Of a DNA stretch of 64,000 bases, positions 26,931 through 40,700 are shown piece by piece. The DNA is from Mobula hypostoma (lineage: Eukaryota). The notes under the pieces are model-generated. The model had not been told where the DNA came from. It ran no database searches and was given only the letters and a program-made list of their open reading frames with translations. The stretch lies in contig NC_086097.1 in NCBI RefSeq assembly GCF_963921235.1, positions 129,520,001-129,584,000 of the forward strand, written 5' to 3'. A program made the position numbers and the translations under genes. How positions within the stretch are numbered: the stretch's first letter is position 1; each line of letters opens with the position of its first letter.

Positions 26931-29170
26931 TTAATATGGCAATTGATTCTAATGATGGCAGACTGATATAACATGCAAACTGATGACAGTGACCGTTCTC
27001 CAAATTTTAATAGAATTGTTTTACAAATTACGTGTAAAGTGCTTCAAAGCCGATTTTATGATCCCGTAAAATGCAGCAGACTCTTTACTTGCATTATTGA
27101 AATTTGGTTGGAGCTACGTATTAAGACGATTAAATTTAATGGCAGGACTTAGATAAAGAAGACTCAATGTTGTTTGCAGATTTGTTTAAAATGATTATTT
27201 TATCCTGAGTACAATGCCGCACAAAAATGCACGATCTCTTTAAATATTTAGATTTCATTGCACGATAACTAACATTTCTACACTACAGTGCAGCCTCTTT
27301 TCAGCAGCTTAATGTAAGGAATAGTTCAGAACTATTGTCATTTGTCGCAAACTAAATATTTGAAGCATACAATAAAAAAACTTGGAAAGCTTCTGTGAGT
27401 CATTTAACGACATTATCAGGAGCTAAATGGTGAACTGGATAGGATATCAAATACATTGACAATATCTCTTTTGTTGTCATACATTCAGTGGCGGACTATG
27501 TCCCTGTCTATGCAACATCCTCTTGCACATAAGCCTGCGTTCCATAAACCCAACACAACTGAACAACAAAACATATTGTAGTTATGCAGGGCAGAAATGC
27601 CCTGTGTGATTTTTCACGTTGGCTCATAAACATTACAGCGGGATAGTTCTCCTGACCCAGACTGACTTTTAGACAGTACTTTGTGCAAAGATGGGTCGTG
27701 TGTGGATATGTTTGAACTTCTGTCAATTGTGGAGAAAAAAAAACTGCCTGTGGGTGAACTGTAGTTTAACTACGCTTAAAAATATAGGAGCAGTTTATTG
27801 GCCAGGTAGAAATATAACAAATCCGTTTGTTTAAAAGGAAGCATGACTCAAATCAAATGCACGTGCCATACGATGTAATACACCATAAATAATCAGCATT
27901 CCGGACGATTTACCATGTTTTTATCATTACAATTATTCCATACGATGATAAAATAAAATACAGTTCCCCACGATTGCAGACTAAACACTTTGGAATAAGA
28001 AGAACTCCTTGCAAAAAAAAAACATATTTCTCAGTTTCCCTTAAACAGTTCGGTACATTAGTTTCTAGAACCCTGTCTTTTTGTTGATTTCAAAGCCTTT
28101 GGTTTTAATTTCCTGAACCAGTTGGGTTTTACTGCAGGGCTTCCTGCTATTAGCCAGCACCGGAAGGACGCATGCGCCAATTAGTGCTTCAAAGGCAGAG
28201 TCCAGTAACTCGTTTCCATAAAATGGAACAGATCATAAACAATAACAACAGACACAGTCCAACAGCCTGGCCCTTAGAAATCCAACTGGTCACACATTCA
28301 TCAGCAAAGCATCTACGCGTGAATCCACTCCTGGCTAATTATAACCCAGAACGATAATCAGATTAATGATTTTCTTTAAGAACCTCTCTCCATACTATCC
28401 TGACACACTGGGCTATTGTAACCATTTTACAACCTAGACCTTGGACACAATGAACATCAATTATAGACAGATACACCAACGCTTTTCATTCCTAGGTCTG
28501 TTTTTATACGTGCATCCAACAAGGGAAATCCTAAATAAATCACAAGCATAAGAGGTTCCTGAGCATAAGTCACAAGGTTTAGACTTATTCCCTATCAAAT
28601 AATGCATTGGGATAAACCTTTGATTATCTCACTCTCCAAACCAGTAAATTAAAATATTTTCTGTGGTGCACCTTATTTTGTAGCTGAACACTCCTGGAGA
28701 CAATAATAAGGCGTAAGGGTCCATCATTAACACTTCATTCGTGTGATACTACTTCAGACATTAGTCCTAAAAGCACAAAGGCAATCCATCCAGGCACCAC
28801 CTTCTCTACACTCCCGACCCGCGGGAAAAAAAGCGATTTGCAATCTTCCTACACTCCCTCAACACACCGACCACATCCTCTAACCACATCTGGTGATGTC
28901 AGGCCTCTCTTCTAATAACTCGGGCGGAAACTTACTGTATACATCTAAGAAAATGTTGCAATGTTCAGTGCTAAAAGCGGACTCTTGTTACTCTCCCTTC
29001 TTTACTGCCGGCACTTTGAAGGGTTAACATCAGGCAATAACTGCTGTATGTCGGTGCTGATTACATAAGGACACGTGGTCCCACAAAAACAAAATTTCCC
29101 GCTCCCTCCAGAAACATCCCAAGTTAATTCTGTGACTTTTATCTTAAATAAGGAAATGCAATGAAATTCA

Positions 29171-29299
<129 letters not shown>

Positions 29300-29958
29300 T
29301 TAAAAAGAGAAGCTCCTGGTTAAATTGCTACCGCAAACCCATCCTGCAACTAAAGTCTTTTTACATGGAAAGACTCACAATAAAAAAAAATTGAAATATG
29401 CTCACTTGGGAATTACAAAGCAGTTTTCAAACAAATCTGCGATTCCACTGTGCAGTAAAGATCACTGTTCTCTTTAATGCAAACCTTTGATATCTTAAAA
29501 CAACTTCAACTGCACTTTTTAAAAAAATGATTTGTTAACACCTTTATCCATTAGCGTGTCCATCTCGTGTTATCTAGAGTATGAAACGGCTACAGTAAAT
29601 TCTATGCAATGTTTAATATCGTCATTATACGTAACACTTAAAATGTGTGCAAAGTTCTTCACTGAAGGGTGTTTTGGCCTTCATTTATTTCAGTAAAGAG
29701 TGACTGCTTTTCAAACTATTGATGAGTGTGACAGGGCATTCGTGTCCGTATGCAGATACAAAATAAGGCAATATACTTTACAAGCAACCAGATATGATCG
29801 TGGTTGTGGGAATTAAAATAACAAAAGGGGAAAACAAAGAACAGCAACATAGATGAAGTATTTTAACTGTGAAAAAAGATGTTATTTTCCCTGTTGTGTG
29901 TGCAGCATTATGTTTTCAGTAAGTTGAACAGTTTAGGAAGATGCCCCATAGCCCTCAC

Positions 29959-30190
29959 CTCCTAAGCACTCCTCCCAGTAACGAGGCATTGAGACACTCA
30001 GGCGGAGAGAGGCGTCTCTGCACTTCCGCCACCGTCACCTTGTACTTTGATGTTGAACTGAGGAGGGAGAGGCGACCCGGAACTGAACAGAACACCTCGT
30101 TTGGGTTCGCAACCCCGCCAAAGAGTCCGTCCTTATTGACTGAGATCGAGGTGACAACCCCACTGTGTGACTTCGATAGGGACATGGGAC
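29959..30190 (-). CDS. TFAP2A: TFAP2A exon 4 (start of basic DNA-binding region)
   Basis: PMSLSK...[45 protein letters not shown]. 232 nt, acceptor TTTCAG|, donor AG|GTGAGG. Confidence 0.97.
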
Positions 30191-32221
30191 CTGAAAGAAA
30201 AGCATCATTCAGATCAATAACACAGCCCATGGCAAGCACTGCATAAACTAAGGAAAAGGTGACTTTACAACTCTCCGCAGTGTTGGTCCCCACTAACCCT
30301 ACACACAACTCCGACCTCTGTATAAGCATGTCTGCACTGCTGCGGATTAGATTTTATATAAGAGCCTATCAGGCCTTTGTCTTATTCATCGGACACACTG
30401 TCATTAGAAGCAGCATCGGCAGTGCACGTTAATACAATGTCGCCTGAGCTGAATTGTACTTGTAGATTGTATATTTTAAGACAAACATAAAATGAAACCT
30501 GATCATTTGTGCATTCAGACCAAATTGAAGTGAACCACGTCTTTATTATATGCATACCCTTTCCAAAGTTAGCTGGCTAACTGCATTTTGCTGCCAAGGC
30601 CAATTTCCAAACGTGTCAATATCACAGTAAAGTCATTTCCATTGTATAATAGAAAAAATGCTCCTGTGATTCAACACAACATAAATAGATTCCTTGTTTG
30701 GCAAGTCAAGAATGAACTCATATTCTAATATGTCTATGTCACACGTTTAAATCGCTAACACTGTTTTAAATTGTGTTCCATCCTTATTTGTGTTTAGTTG
30801 TTTGTTAAATTAATTTCGAGGCATTTATTTTGCAACAATATAACAGAGACCAGCTAGTTGTTATTATACTGTTTCATCCTAATAGCATTTCAATTCCGTT
30901 CCACTCCGCATCTGGACTTACATCCTACAACACTCAGCACGGGAGGAATTATTGCTTCTGTCGGCAAAATGGGCCGACACATACCGGAACACCAACACAT
31001 CAACTCCTAACCTCAATTTATCAGCTCATTGCAACAACAACAACAACAACAACAAGAAAAAAAAGATGTAATTGGCAAGAAATTAATGTGGCCGTTTCCG
31101 CGAAACAACCTGCATTCAGCCAATGGACCGTTATAACCGTCCGGAAGAGAAATGAAGAATTGTGGAATTCTGATCACTAGGGCCGAATTGGACTAAACAA
31201 TGCAAGCATCCATCGAATTTCCCCCTCACTTTAGAGAACGAGCCACTGCAGCAAAATTATTCATTTTTATTATTGACCGACTAAAATGTAGACTACAGGT
31301 CCACAGCGCTTTTGCACTAACACCCCCCCCCCCCACACACACACACACACACTAAAAAAAAGCACCTTTGCAACGCAATCAACTACACTGCTTAGGGCTC
31401 TCTTTATGCCACTGGAAATCTACTCTAGATCTTTGAAGGCGTCGAGTTCCTAGTTCCGGATAGATCACTTGTGACATTAATAGCTCTGGGGAGGCTAACA
31501 GAGACAATAGGAGTTAAACGAACTCTTGAGATTACTAATAAAAGAGCCAATTATCATGTCGACGTGGAAAGAGCATCTCTTAAGATTTATCCCTTGCACA
31601 TGTAATTTGACGTGACAAAACCTGGAGAAGCAGAAAGATGAAACTTAAACCATTTAATCGTAAACTGCAGTTTTACGAATTAATGTGTACTCGCGCACTA
31701 TTCTATGCATCTCCAGTTTGGATCAAATCATTCTCTTTAAGCATCTTAGCAAAGGAAGCAGGCAGCTCTTTATGGAGGCTCAGCTCAAAATGCATACTAC
31801 CCAAGTAAAGATCCACAAAAATATATACCAGTCCAAATCCAAACGCACATGACTAACCAGACCCTCAAAAGTATGTAACGCCAATCGACAGTATAATTGC
31901 TTCTGCAAATTCGAGCATTTGATTTGATTTATATGCTCCCTAATTCATCTGCTCATTAAAGGAGCACAACTGTAAATAATTCCTTAAATCTACACCAACG
32001 TGCAGAGACTGGGCAGAATTATTTTTCTGTGAGCGGTCCCGCTGCACCAAAATTTAAACAGCCAAGGGTTATGTAGCAACCCATCGTATCCGTATCTCTC
32101 CTAATTGTCTCCATCCCCCGGTCTCCCATTAATTGCTGCATACAAAACGCCAATAAAGCAGTTGGCCTCTGCCAATGTCTACACAAACGCCGGATTTGAA
32201 AGAAAAATAAATAGAACTTGC

Positions 32222-32273
32222 CTTTTTTAATAACGGTGTGGTCCTGGATGTTAATACCTTGATCATCAACATG
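32222..32273 (-). CDS. TFAP2A: TFAP2A exon 3 (HVDDQGINIQDHTVIKK+G), GC donor
   Basis: 52 nt with acceptor TTTCAG|CAT and donor AAG|GCAAGT. The peptide resembles mammalian HVEDPGINIPDQTVIKKG, and phase 1 joins exon 4. Confidence 0.93.
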
Positions 32274-32577
32274 CTGAAACGGAATTATTAAAATAACATT
32301 ACCATAAACTTATGGAAGTAAAGACGGTAGACAGCCTCTACCACGGCAAGAACTGCATGAAACTGAGTTACGTTAGAAGTTGTTAAAATCCACCTAGTGC
32401 CTGGCACATTCCTTTGAATAAATATGATAATGCGTGCATTAACCACAGCGTGATAATTCTCGTTTCCTGTTCAATTCATCATTTTAATTTTCGTTGTAGT
32501 ATTTTTAAGGGTTTGGCAAAAGACTAGATTCCTGAGAATCGTTTATTTGATATTTTTCCCTTTATAAGGTAAAATCT

Positions 32578-32635
32578 GCGTGTGTGTGTGTGTGTGTGTG
32601 TGTGTATCTGTGTGTGGGGGGGGGAGGGGTTGGGG
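32578..32635. repeat. (GT)n microsatellite followed by G-runs, intron 2
   Basis: Directly visible. Confidence 0.9.
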
Positions 32636-34732
32636 TATATATCGATCCACTGCCCAACCCCAGTAGTTTTCCCCACCAGAAATGCATTTGTCCTCAGCTT
32701 TTATTAGTTATGGGGACCATTAAGTGAGAGCAAATCTGCTCATTTCAACATTGACATGCAGTACAGTGTCGAAATATGTTTGCCAATTTGACACGAATTC
32801 TACCGAGACTGAGCGATTGGCAATCTTCGCACAACAGCTAGTTCATTTACAAATACCAGTCACTTCCAAATCGCCGCTGCAATGTCAGGAACGGACCCAG
32901 CGTCATTCATTCAGCTTTGATTTTCGCCCTTTGTTATTTATTATTGCAACCTCCAGCTACAGCTTCCCACTACATTATCTCCCGGCTTCTCATTATGTTT
33001 TGTTTTTCTCTCAAACTGCGGTTCAATCAGACATACGCAATTGTTTTTCTATTTAAGCGGGTTTAGTTTTAACCCAGTTCCTAAAACCAACGCCGGAACT
33101 CTGTTTCTATTAAACATTCATCTAACAGCATGACTCGACCGACTGAGATACTGTGCTTTTTTTTCTGGGAAAAAAAATCTAAGAACCGTTTTGCTTAAAA
33201 GGTTTATAATCCAGGAGTCGATATACTTTAAAAGGTTTAGAAAAGAATATATTTCTCCGTTAATCGTGGCTAAAGGCGCTAATCGCTGGCCTTGCTACAA
33301 TAATGTACAAAACCATATTACTTTGACAGTCTGAAGAATTGACATCAGAGTATTATAGAAGCTTCATTATAATAATTACACTCCAAAACATGTGCCCCCT
33401 CCCCTTATACCAATGCAATACAAATGCTGGGCAATATTTCACCGTAGTGAGGACTTTTTAATTCCTATTTCACACACAGTCACATCAAAATAAGCTGAAC
33501 CATTTAGACTATTTTTTTTACAGATTTCCCTCTTTTTTTTAGCAACGTATTATGATTTTATCGTTAAATGTTCTCCTAGAGTAAGGACACCGCATATCAT
33601 TCAGTTAAAGCCGTATTTTATGCTTGTTTACAGCAGATTTTTGTTTGTGTGTATGCGCGCGCGTATGTGTGTTAAAGAGCCAGTCACATTTAAGCAAAGT
33701 ATGGCCGCAGGTATTAAGTGGAATGTTGAACAGCTTTCAATCGTACTAAGCATTCATAATGAGTATTTGTTTGGAAGTGAATGCATGATGGTTTCTTGCT
33801 TATGAATATTTTACGAGAGCTTTGAGATCTGCATTTTTGTAAAACGAAATTAAAAGTAGTGTTTCGAAACACAACATTGCCTCAAACTAAGCCGACCGGC
33901 AGAGCGGTTGGTTTTCATTTTAACCGTCTTTTGTTTGCAAGATAAGCAATATCTACTTATAAATATTTCAGATTATCATTGAAGGTAGAAATTCAAATTG
34001 TGAAATAACCAATAAATTCAATTTCCCTCTCCACTGAATAATGGTCAATTTTATACAATGCAAGCATATGCCATTTGTATTTTACATGCACCACAATAAT
34101 AACTCCACAGTAAGCAAAGGAAATGAAATTAGCTCTAGTAAATCAGTGCAAGTAATAAAACGTCCCTTTTTCTCGGGAGAAGGGAAATTAAAGCATCAGA
34201 AAGATTTAAAAATATACATTTCTCAACTATGAGGCAGACCAGAAAGTACAGCTTGAAATAAATCTTTACTGCCAAGTTGAAAGATTGAATAAGGCACACA
34301 GTACTTGTGCTCTGGTGGGAGCTAATTGTTTACAAATTGCAAACAAAAGTTGAAACGGGAACGTTCAATTTAATTAAATGAAGAACATAAATATCTATTT
34401 AAGCTATTGAAAATAATAATCCATTTTTATTTAATGCCTAGTAGCAAATGTGTTATGGAGTAGTTGTTACTGGATTTTTGTTGAATTTATGCTGACTTAT
34501 ATCTGGAAATAAATCGGATATCCAAATAATTGAAATTCTAAATAAGATCAATTTTTCGCCAACGCAAATTTTGTATAACTGTGTTTGTGTGTGGTGGTGG
34601 GGTGGGGTGGGGGGGTTAACGCCCTCTCAGATTTGAAAATATATCATTAAACAGCAGGGGGGAGGGGGAGAAATTGAGAGGGGTCTGAAATAAAATATAC
34701 AATAAAACTCCCATGGGTTGCAAAGAAGTTAC

Positions 34733-35164
34733 CTGCACATCCTCGATGGCGTGTCCGATGCTGTGGATGGGTAATGAATCTCCAAGACCGGAATCGAGTC
34801 CGTGGGTGCTATGTAGCAGGACCTCAGGCCGCCTGTAGTCCCTCCGTGGGTCCAAGCCAGCCAGCTGCGGCAGAGCGCGGTGCTGGTGCAGGATACCGGC
34901 TTCTTGGTTCTGTCTCTGCGGCCAGGTCGGGTGCTGCGGCTGCGGCTGCGGGTGCAGAGGGTTGAGCGAGTAGGGGTCGTTCACATGGGAATAAGGGTCC
35001 TGCGATTGCGGGTAGATGGGTTGGTACGGTGGAGGGAAGTAAGGTGGCTGGAAATCCGTGTTAGGGGTGTGAGACAGCGGCGGGGCGGTCGGATACGGAG
35101 ACTGGCTGACTGTCCCTAACTGGGGCAAACGTGGAGTCCCATTACTGGTTCCATCATGTCGATC
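34733..35164 (-). CDS. TFAP2A: TFAP2A exon 2 (Pro/Gln-rich activation domain with PY motif)
   Basis: [17 protein letters not shown]...[12 protein letters not shown]...AIEDVQ. Acceptor TTGCAG|GAT, donor CAG|GTAACT, 432 nt. The DRHDGTSNG start identifies alpha rather than beta. Confidence 0.97.
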
Positions 35165-35390
35165 CTGCAACGAAATCAGACATTAACAAGGCATTAAAAC
35201 AATTTAAAAATTATTGCTCGATATGCACATTCGTTCTGTTTGCATCTTTGCTATCACAAGTTTTAACCGTAACATGAATACGTGGTAAGTGGGGGGCGAA
35301 TTCCGCAAAATATTATTCCACAGGGTTCAAAATCAAAAGTGCTACCATATGGGGGTTGCTTAAATCTAGTGGCATCTCACTGTAACTCAC

Positions 35391-35417
35391 CATAGCCGAG
35401 AAACTGTGCACTAACAT
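35391..35417 (-). CDS. TFAP2A: TFAP2A alternative first coding exon 1b (MLVHSFSAM)
   Basis: Minus strand reads ATG TTA GTG CAC AGT TTC TCG GCT ATG|GTGAGT, the same peptide as isoform 1b. Phase 0; too short to appear in the ORF track. Confidence 0.95.
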
Positions 35418-35954
35418 CTGCGGACAGTCTGATCTGAGCTCGTCAGGGGGAAAAAAGAGAGAGACCTAGAGTGGAAAATTGGAAAAAAACAGTCCAGTAC
35501 TATACAACTACAACACGAGCACAACGCCGGGAAGTCACATGCAGGAACAAGGGAGCGGAATCCATCAGCACTTGAAAAATGTCTTCATTGGGAATAACAC
35601 ACATATAAAAAAAATCACATTTGTGTCTAGTTTCAGGGCGTCACGTCGATAGATTTTTTTTCAAACTTTTCCCTTCTCTCCTCCACTAACGAGGAGCAGC
35701 GGCTTCAAGTCCGCACATAATAGCAAATATTCATGACTATTAATATTACACGAATACTTAATAAGGGAAGAATGGTCGGAAATCAAGCGTGAAGCGAGGA
35801 AGCAACTGAACGCTGTGTCTGTTATAAATGACGTCCATTGAATAAAGATTCAGTGTATCTAATCAGAGAGAGAGAGAAGAGGGGGACACACCGGTGGGTC
35901 TGACGAATCACAGTGAAGAGGAGAACATTTTAAAGTGATCGAGGATATGCGAAA

Positions 35955-35960
35955 GTGAGT

Positions 35961-36008
<48 letters not shown>

Positions 36009-36075
36009 GGGAAAGGGATGGAGACAGAGAGACAGAGAAAGAAAGGAACAAGCAGGAGAGAGAAAGAGAGAGTGA
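35955..36075. repeat. (GA)n microsatellite/polypurine tract upstream of exon 1b
   Basis: Directly visible. Confidence 0.92.
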
Positions 36076-36745
36076 CACGAGAAGGAATTTGCACCTCGTT
36101 TTCGTGTGAAAATCCAGAGAATGCTAAAGGCATGTCGGCGGGCACTCGTTTCCTGACTAGCGAGAGGCTACCCGGGCTCTCAGCTCTCTTCCTTTTGAGA
36201 TCTTTTCCTGGAGATGCGTTCTGCCCTGATCTTGGGTCATTAGTAGCCTGGTCCATCGTACAATGGGTTAAAAGTTAAGAGACAGAGGGAGCGACAGAGA
36301 CACTATGGAGTCTCCGGAGCCCTCATTCGCTTCCACGCACTTCTATGCAGTCTGCTCCCTACAGCGATCCTGAAAAACACCACTTTTGTCTAAACTCAGC
36401 TCGAAGCCACTTCCAAATAAACGGATTTCAGCTTTGATCCTTAACTCTCTTCGCCGGAAGATCACGCCGATCCTTCATACTTTTCGCCGCTTTCTTTTTT
36501 TACTTTTAAAAAAGCCTTCAGTTCCATGGAGAGGGTGGGGGGGGGGGAGTGAAACTCAAGGACTGTCTAGTTCAGCTCCTGGAATGAGCTGTCTTCCAGC
36601 CTAGCTCCGTAAACCCGTTGGACCGGCTGCACAACTACAAAAAACCAACTCCCCAAATAATACCTAGCAAACTACAGATCAACTTTCTCAATCCGGGTAT
36701 AGTCGCGGCCTTTAGCCATTACCACCTTACTGTCTGGTGCCGCTT

Positions 36746-36755
36746 TCACACACAA

Positions 36756-36802
<47 letters not shown>
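36746..36802. repeat. (CA)n microsatellite
   Basis: Directly visible. Confidence 0.95.
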
Positions 36803-36805
<3 letters not shown>

Positions 36806-37463
36806 TTACGCAAATCCTTCAATCATAACGGCAACATGGGTTCGTTGTGTGCAGATTTCAATGTTTTCACTGGGCGGTATGGGGCGGAGGGAAAGGAACG
36901 AACGTTTACTAACAAATGCAGACAGATGGAAATTTTACTACAGAAGTTTACTACAAAAACATGCACTGAATTCAGCTACGTCAGAATTCGCTATATTGCT
37001 TTATGGCAGTAGTGTGATCAGTTTAACATTGTTAACGTGTAATGATATTTCTACATCGAAACAGTCGTTTTCCATCTGTCCTTTTGCATATTTTATTTTA
37101 AATATATACAAATGAAAGTTTGCAGCCAGATTTATCAGACAGAGATATTTCAGAATTTTTTTAAAATCTAATGATCAGATTTGTTAAACCTCGTTTTGTT
37201 TTTCTTGTTTTGTTTACAAACGGGAGCTACTGACACACGACATGAATGCACAGAAAGTCCGAGGTTGCAATATAAAGCCGAATGTGTGAATGCATCGATT
37301 TCTTTTTGTTTTCGCTGCATCTATTTATGTTAAATTGTTTATTGCTTAAAGAAATCCTTTGCAATATTTGAATTACATTGGATGTGATTTCTAGATGTTT
37401 GTTCCATTGGCAGTGCATTGACAATTGCATTTTATTTTTTAAAGCTAATATAAAATTTCTTAC

Positions 37464-37514
37464 CTCACACTCTTCATATTTGATATTGTCCGCTAATTTC
37501 CACAGCATTCTCAT
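37464..37514 (-). CDS. TFAP2A: TFAP2A alternative first coding exon 1a (MRMLWKLADNIKYEECE)
   Basis: Matches isoform 1a MLWKLTDNIKYEDCE, including the IKYE SUMO motif. It is 51 nt with donor GAG|GTAAGA and a second in-frame ATG at 37508. Confidence 0.96.
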
Positions 37515-37599
37515 GGATTGGTGTAAAAGTGGCTGGCTGGGTGAATCAGAAAGCGGACAGTCCTGTATAGAGAGTGTGTGTCGGTTTAGAGCTCTGTAT

Positions 37600-37730
37600 G
37601 TGCTCTGAGATCTCCCTCTAATGGTCGATCGAGTTCGCCTCTCGGCTCTTTAGTAACTCGCTAATAACAGCCCAATTAGCATATGAACGCCAGCCAACAC
37701 TCATGCAACCGCATTACTGCTCCAATGGAC
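37600..37730 (-). promoter_or_regulatory. Proximal promoter/5' region of TFAP2A exon 1a
   Basis: Octamer-like ATGCTAAT (minus strand, 37675-37682) next to CCAAT and TTGGC (NF1 half-site) motifs, about 160 nt upstream of the ATG. Confidence 0.5.
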
Positions 37731-40700
37731 ACAGGTACAGAGCTTTGCCCTGTCGACTGGTACTGGATGTCTGCATAAATACATAGTGAGCTGCACTGCA
37801 CTTTCGATATGTACATCGAACCATTTTTTTAATATTGAATTGGGATTCCAAATTGTTAAATCCTAACTTATGGGCCATTGTGTCAATGCGCAGAAACTCT
37901 TTCTCCAATAGATAAACCGACGATGATTCAGCAGTACTTTATACGATAATACTTTCCCAAGTGACTCATAATCTCAATGAAACACGGGGAGGGCTGTTAA
38001 TTATCTAAAGTACTATGTTTTATTCTTTATAAGAATAACTAACCGCGATTAAATGCATTTTAAATGTTCGCCAAGTTAAATGATACCCAAATGATTAGTA
38101 ATAACTAAGTATTTTCAAGCAACTCTTAATGTCAAACTCCTTTATTCACCAAGCACCCAACTATATTTCGTGTTGTGATATAATAAATAAAAATTTAACA
38201 TTTACCCATTTTACAGTGGGTGTGTTTAAATAGATTACGCGCTGATGGCAATTTCATTACCCTTGCTATTCTTTACACCATCTCCCGGGGAAAGTTTAGA
38301 TGGAGTAGGTAAAGAAAATCTTGTTTTTATCACTATACAATTTATTTCTAGGAGACTTCAACCTATTAGGACGGCGGAATGAAGTGGTGCTAAAATGCAT
38401 TGCTAATCAGATGCTTTCGGTGGCTGTCTTCTGTCGCAAGCTATAAACAGTGGGTCTGCTCAGAAGAACTTCATTCGAAATTCACCTCTCTTTGATTTTT
38501 TTTCCAAGCTTTAAATAACAAGCGAGTAAAGTGTAGTTTTACCATCAATTGATGTGGAAATCAGGCTGCTATGTAGTTATTTAAGGCCACGCATAAGCAG
38601 AGACTTAAAAGCAAATTATTTCGAACCAGCGCCGTCTTCCAAATCGTTTCGCTGTTTTACGCACAAGTTATTATCATAATAAATAGCTAATTGACTTTGA
38701 ATTATGAATTGAGACGCAAGGTCTTTCTTGCAAGATGACAAAGTGTGTAACGATAAAACCCAGCACAGGTAATCTGTGTGGCCAGATTTAGGCGTCGTTT
38801 TTAGTTAATCTTCATTACCATTTTTAGTGGAGCTCCGGGATAAAGATGTCATCAAGACCTATTGTCTTTAATTAGAAGACCTGAAATATCAACCGCCGCA
38901 AGATACCACGCTCCAAAAGGCCAAATCCTTTGATACCCGATGAAAAATAATTTCAACCCTCGTCTTGTGCGAGAATCACAGTGAGCAATGCGACTAAAGC
39001 GAGGTAAATCAGAATCGGAATCAGGTTCTGCCGTTTGCTTATATATATATTCTATATATATATATATATTCTATATAATCACTTGTCTATGGGGCTAATA
39101 TAATTCATTCACACGCTCTCTGTCCACCTACTGTTACCCTTTCCTCATACTTTCGTTTCTCAGAGCCACTTAGTTTTCAAATTTTAGAAAGTTTTTTTTT
39201 TAACTGCTCGGATCCAGTAGTTCAGTATTTATTCAGGACCTGACGTTTGCATTATACGTTTGTATTTTTTTACATTAGGTCGAGAGGAAATACAATGTTC
39301 TGAATTAAAATTGATACCTATTAGATATAATTAATGGTCAAAGCAATATCAGGCAGTGCAATTTTATCTATGACTGTTAATTTAAATAATGTATAATTAC
39401 CTGTTACTTTTTGCTTAAACAATATATTTTTATATGGTATTAATTTATTATAAAGTCGTTTAAGTCTGATTGTATTAACTTTTTTGCCGAAAAACTCATT
39501 AGGAATTACTTATGTGGCTTATTTGATATAACATTAACCTCTGATTGACTAGTATATCAAATTGCAATGAATAATAGCCCAGATGAAACAACTCCAAATG
39601 AATAATTTGGTTCTCCATTCTGTGAAGTATTTGAGAGTTTAAAAAACTGTGCAATTCACTCGAACCGCCCTTCCCCCTCCCCTCCCAATTTGCCGTCATT
39701 GTAATTAAATGGGAATCTATGCATTTAACCATAAGGAGGCGCGGGTCCCTTGTTAAAATAAAGACCGTCGATTTTCGGTGTGGAAGGAAAAGAGGAGCGT
39801 ATTGGATTATTCAGTCAAACGTTTTTACTGTTCTGAATTGAGGTCATATTCTTACTAGTTTTAAATTCATTCTGATTGCTCCGCGCATCTATTGCATTCA
39901 CACTGGCTGTTCCACGAGTGGTTTAAATATGTGATATTAGAGCACATAGTTGAAAAGCGCACGGGAAAGAGGGAATTTTGGAAGCTTAGTTGGCCTGTGA
40001 CTCTTTTAACGTATTACAAGCATAGGGTCTCAGAAGAGGACGTGCTTCGGTAATTTTGAGAAGTTTTCGTTTCCCAGCATGAAAAAACATTAAATAAACA
40101 ATTGCTAGATAGATTATAACATTGAAATACTCTTCTTTGAAAACAAAATAAAACTCCTTATATGTTTGCTCAATGGAAAAAGAGATTTCAATTGATTCCT
40201 ATGTTATTAGTTCCATTGTTAATAATCAGCATCCCTCAAACATTTTAAATGGCAGTAACCTCGCTTCAGGTGATAGAATCTACCCCCCCCCCCACCCACA
40301 ACTTCTTAAGAACTTCCACAAGTTACACGCCAGTATGCTATAAACTCTCACCTCTACCTCCCATTCCGTCCCACCATAGAAATTATAAATGATTACATTA
40401 ATACGAAGTTTAAATCTTATTATTCCAACTCTTAAGCAGTCAGAGTTTGGATACTTTACAAGTGTAAATTGAATGGAACTTTTCAATTTAAGACAGGAAT
40501 CAGCGACGTACTATTGAATCCCAACCTTGTAAAATCTGGGCAAATTTCGAAATGCACAACTATTAAGTGCACTTGTAGAGAGTAAAGTGTGACTATGTTT
40601 TACAAAATTGCATTTATCTATGATTATGTTTCACGAGAGTTTTAAAAAGCTTCAAATTTTTGGCGTAAATACTAACATTTAATGCTTTATGTCCCTATAA

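Noticed and set aside
29941..30246. Plus-strand ORFs antisense to TFAP2A exons (also 26561-26841 and 34774-35119)
   Set aside because: Shadows of the real coding exons with no independent evidence.
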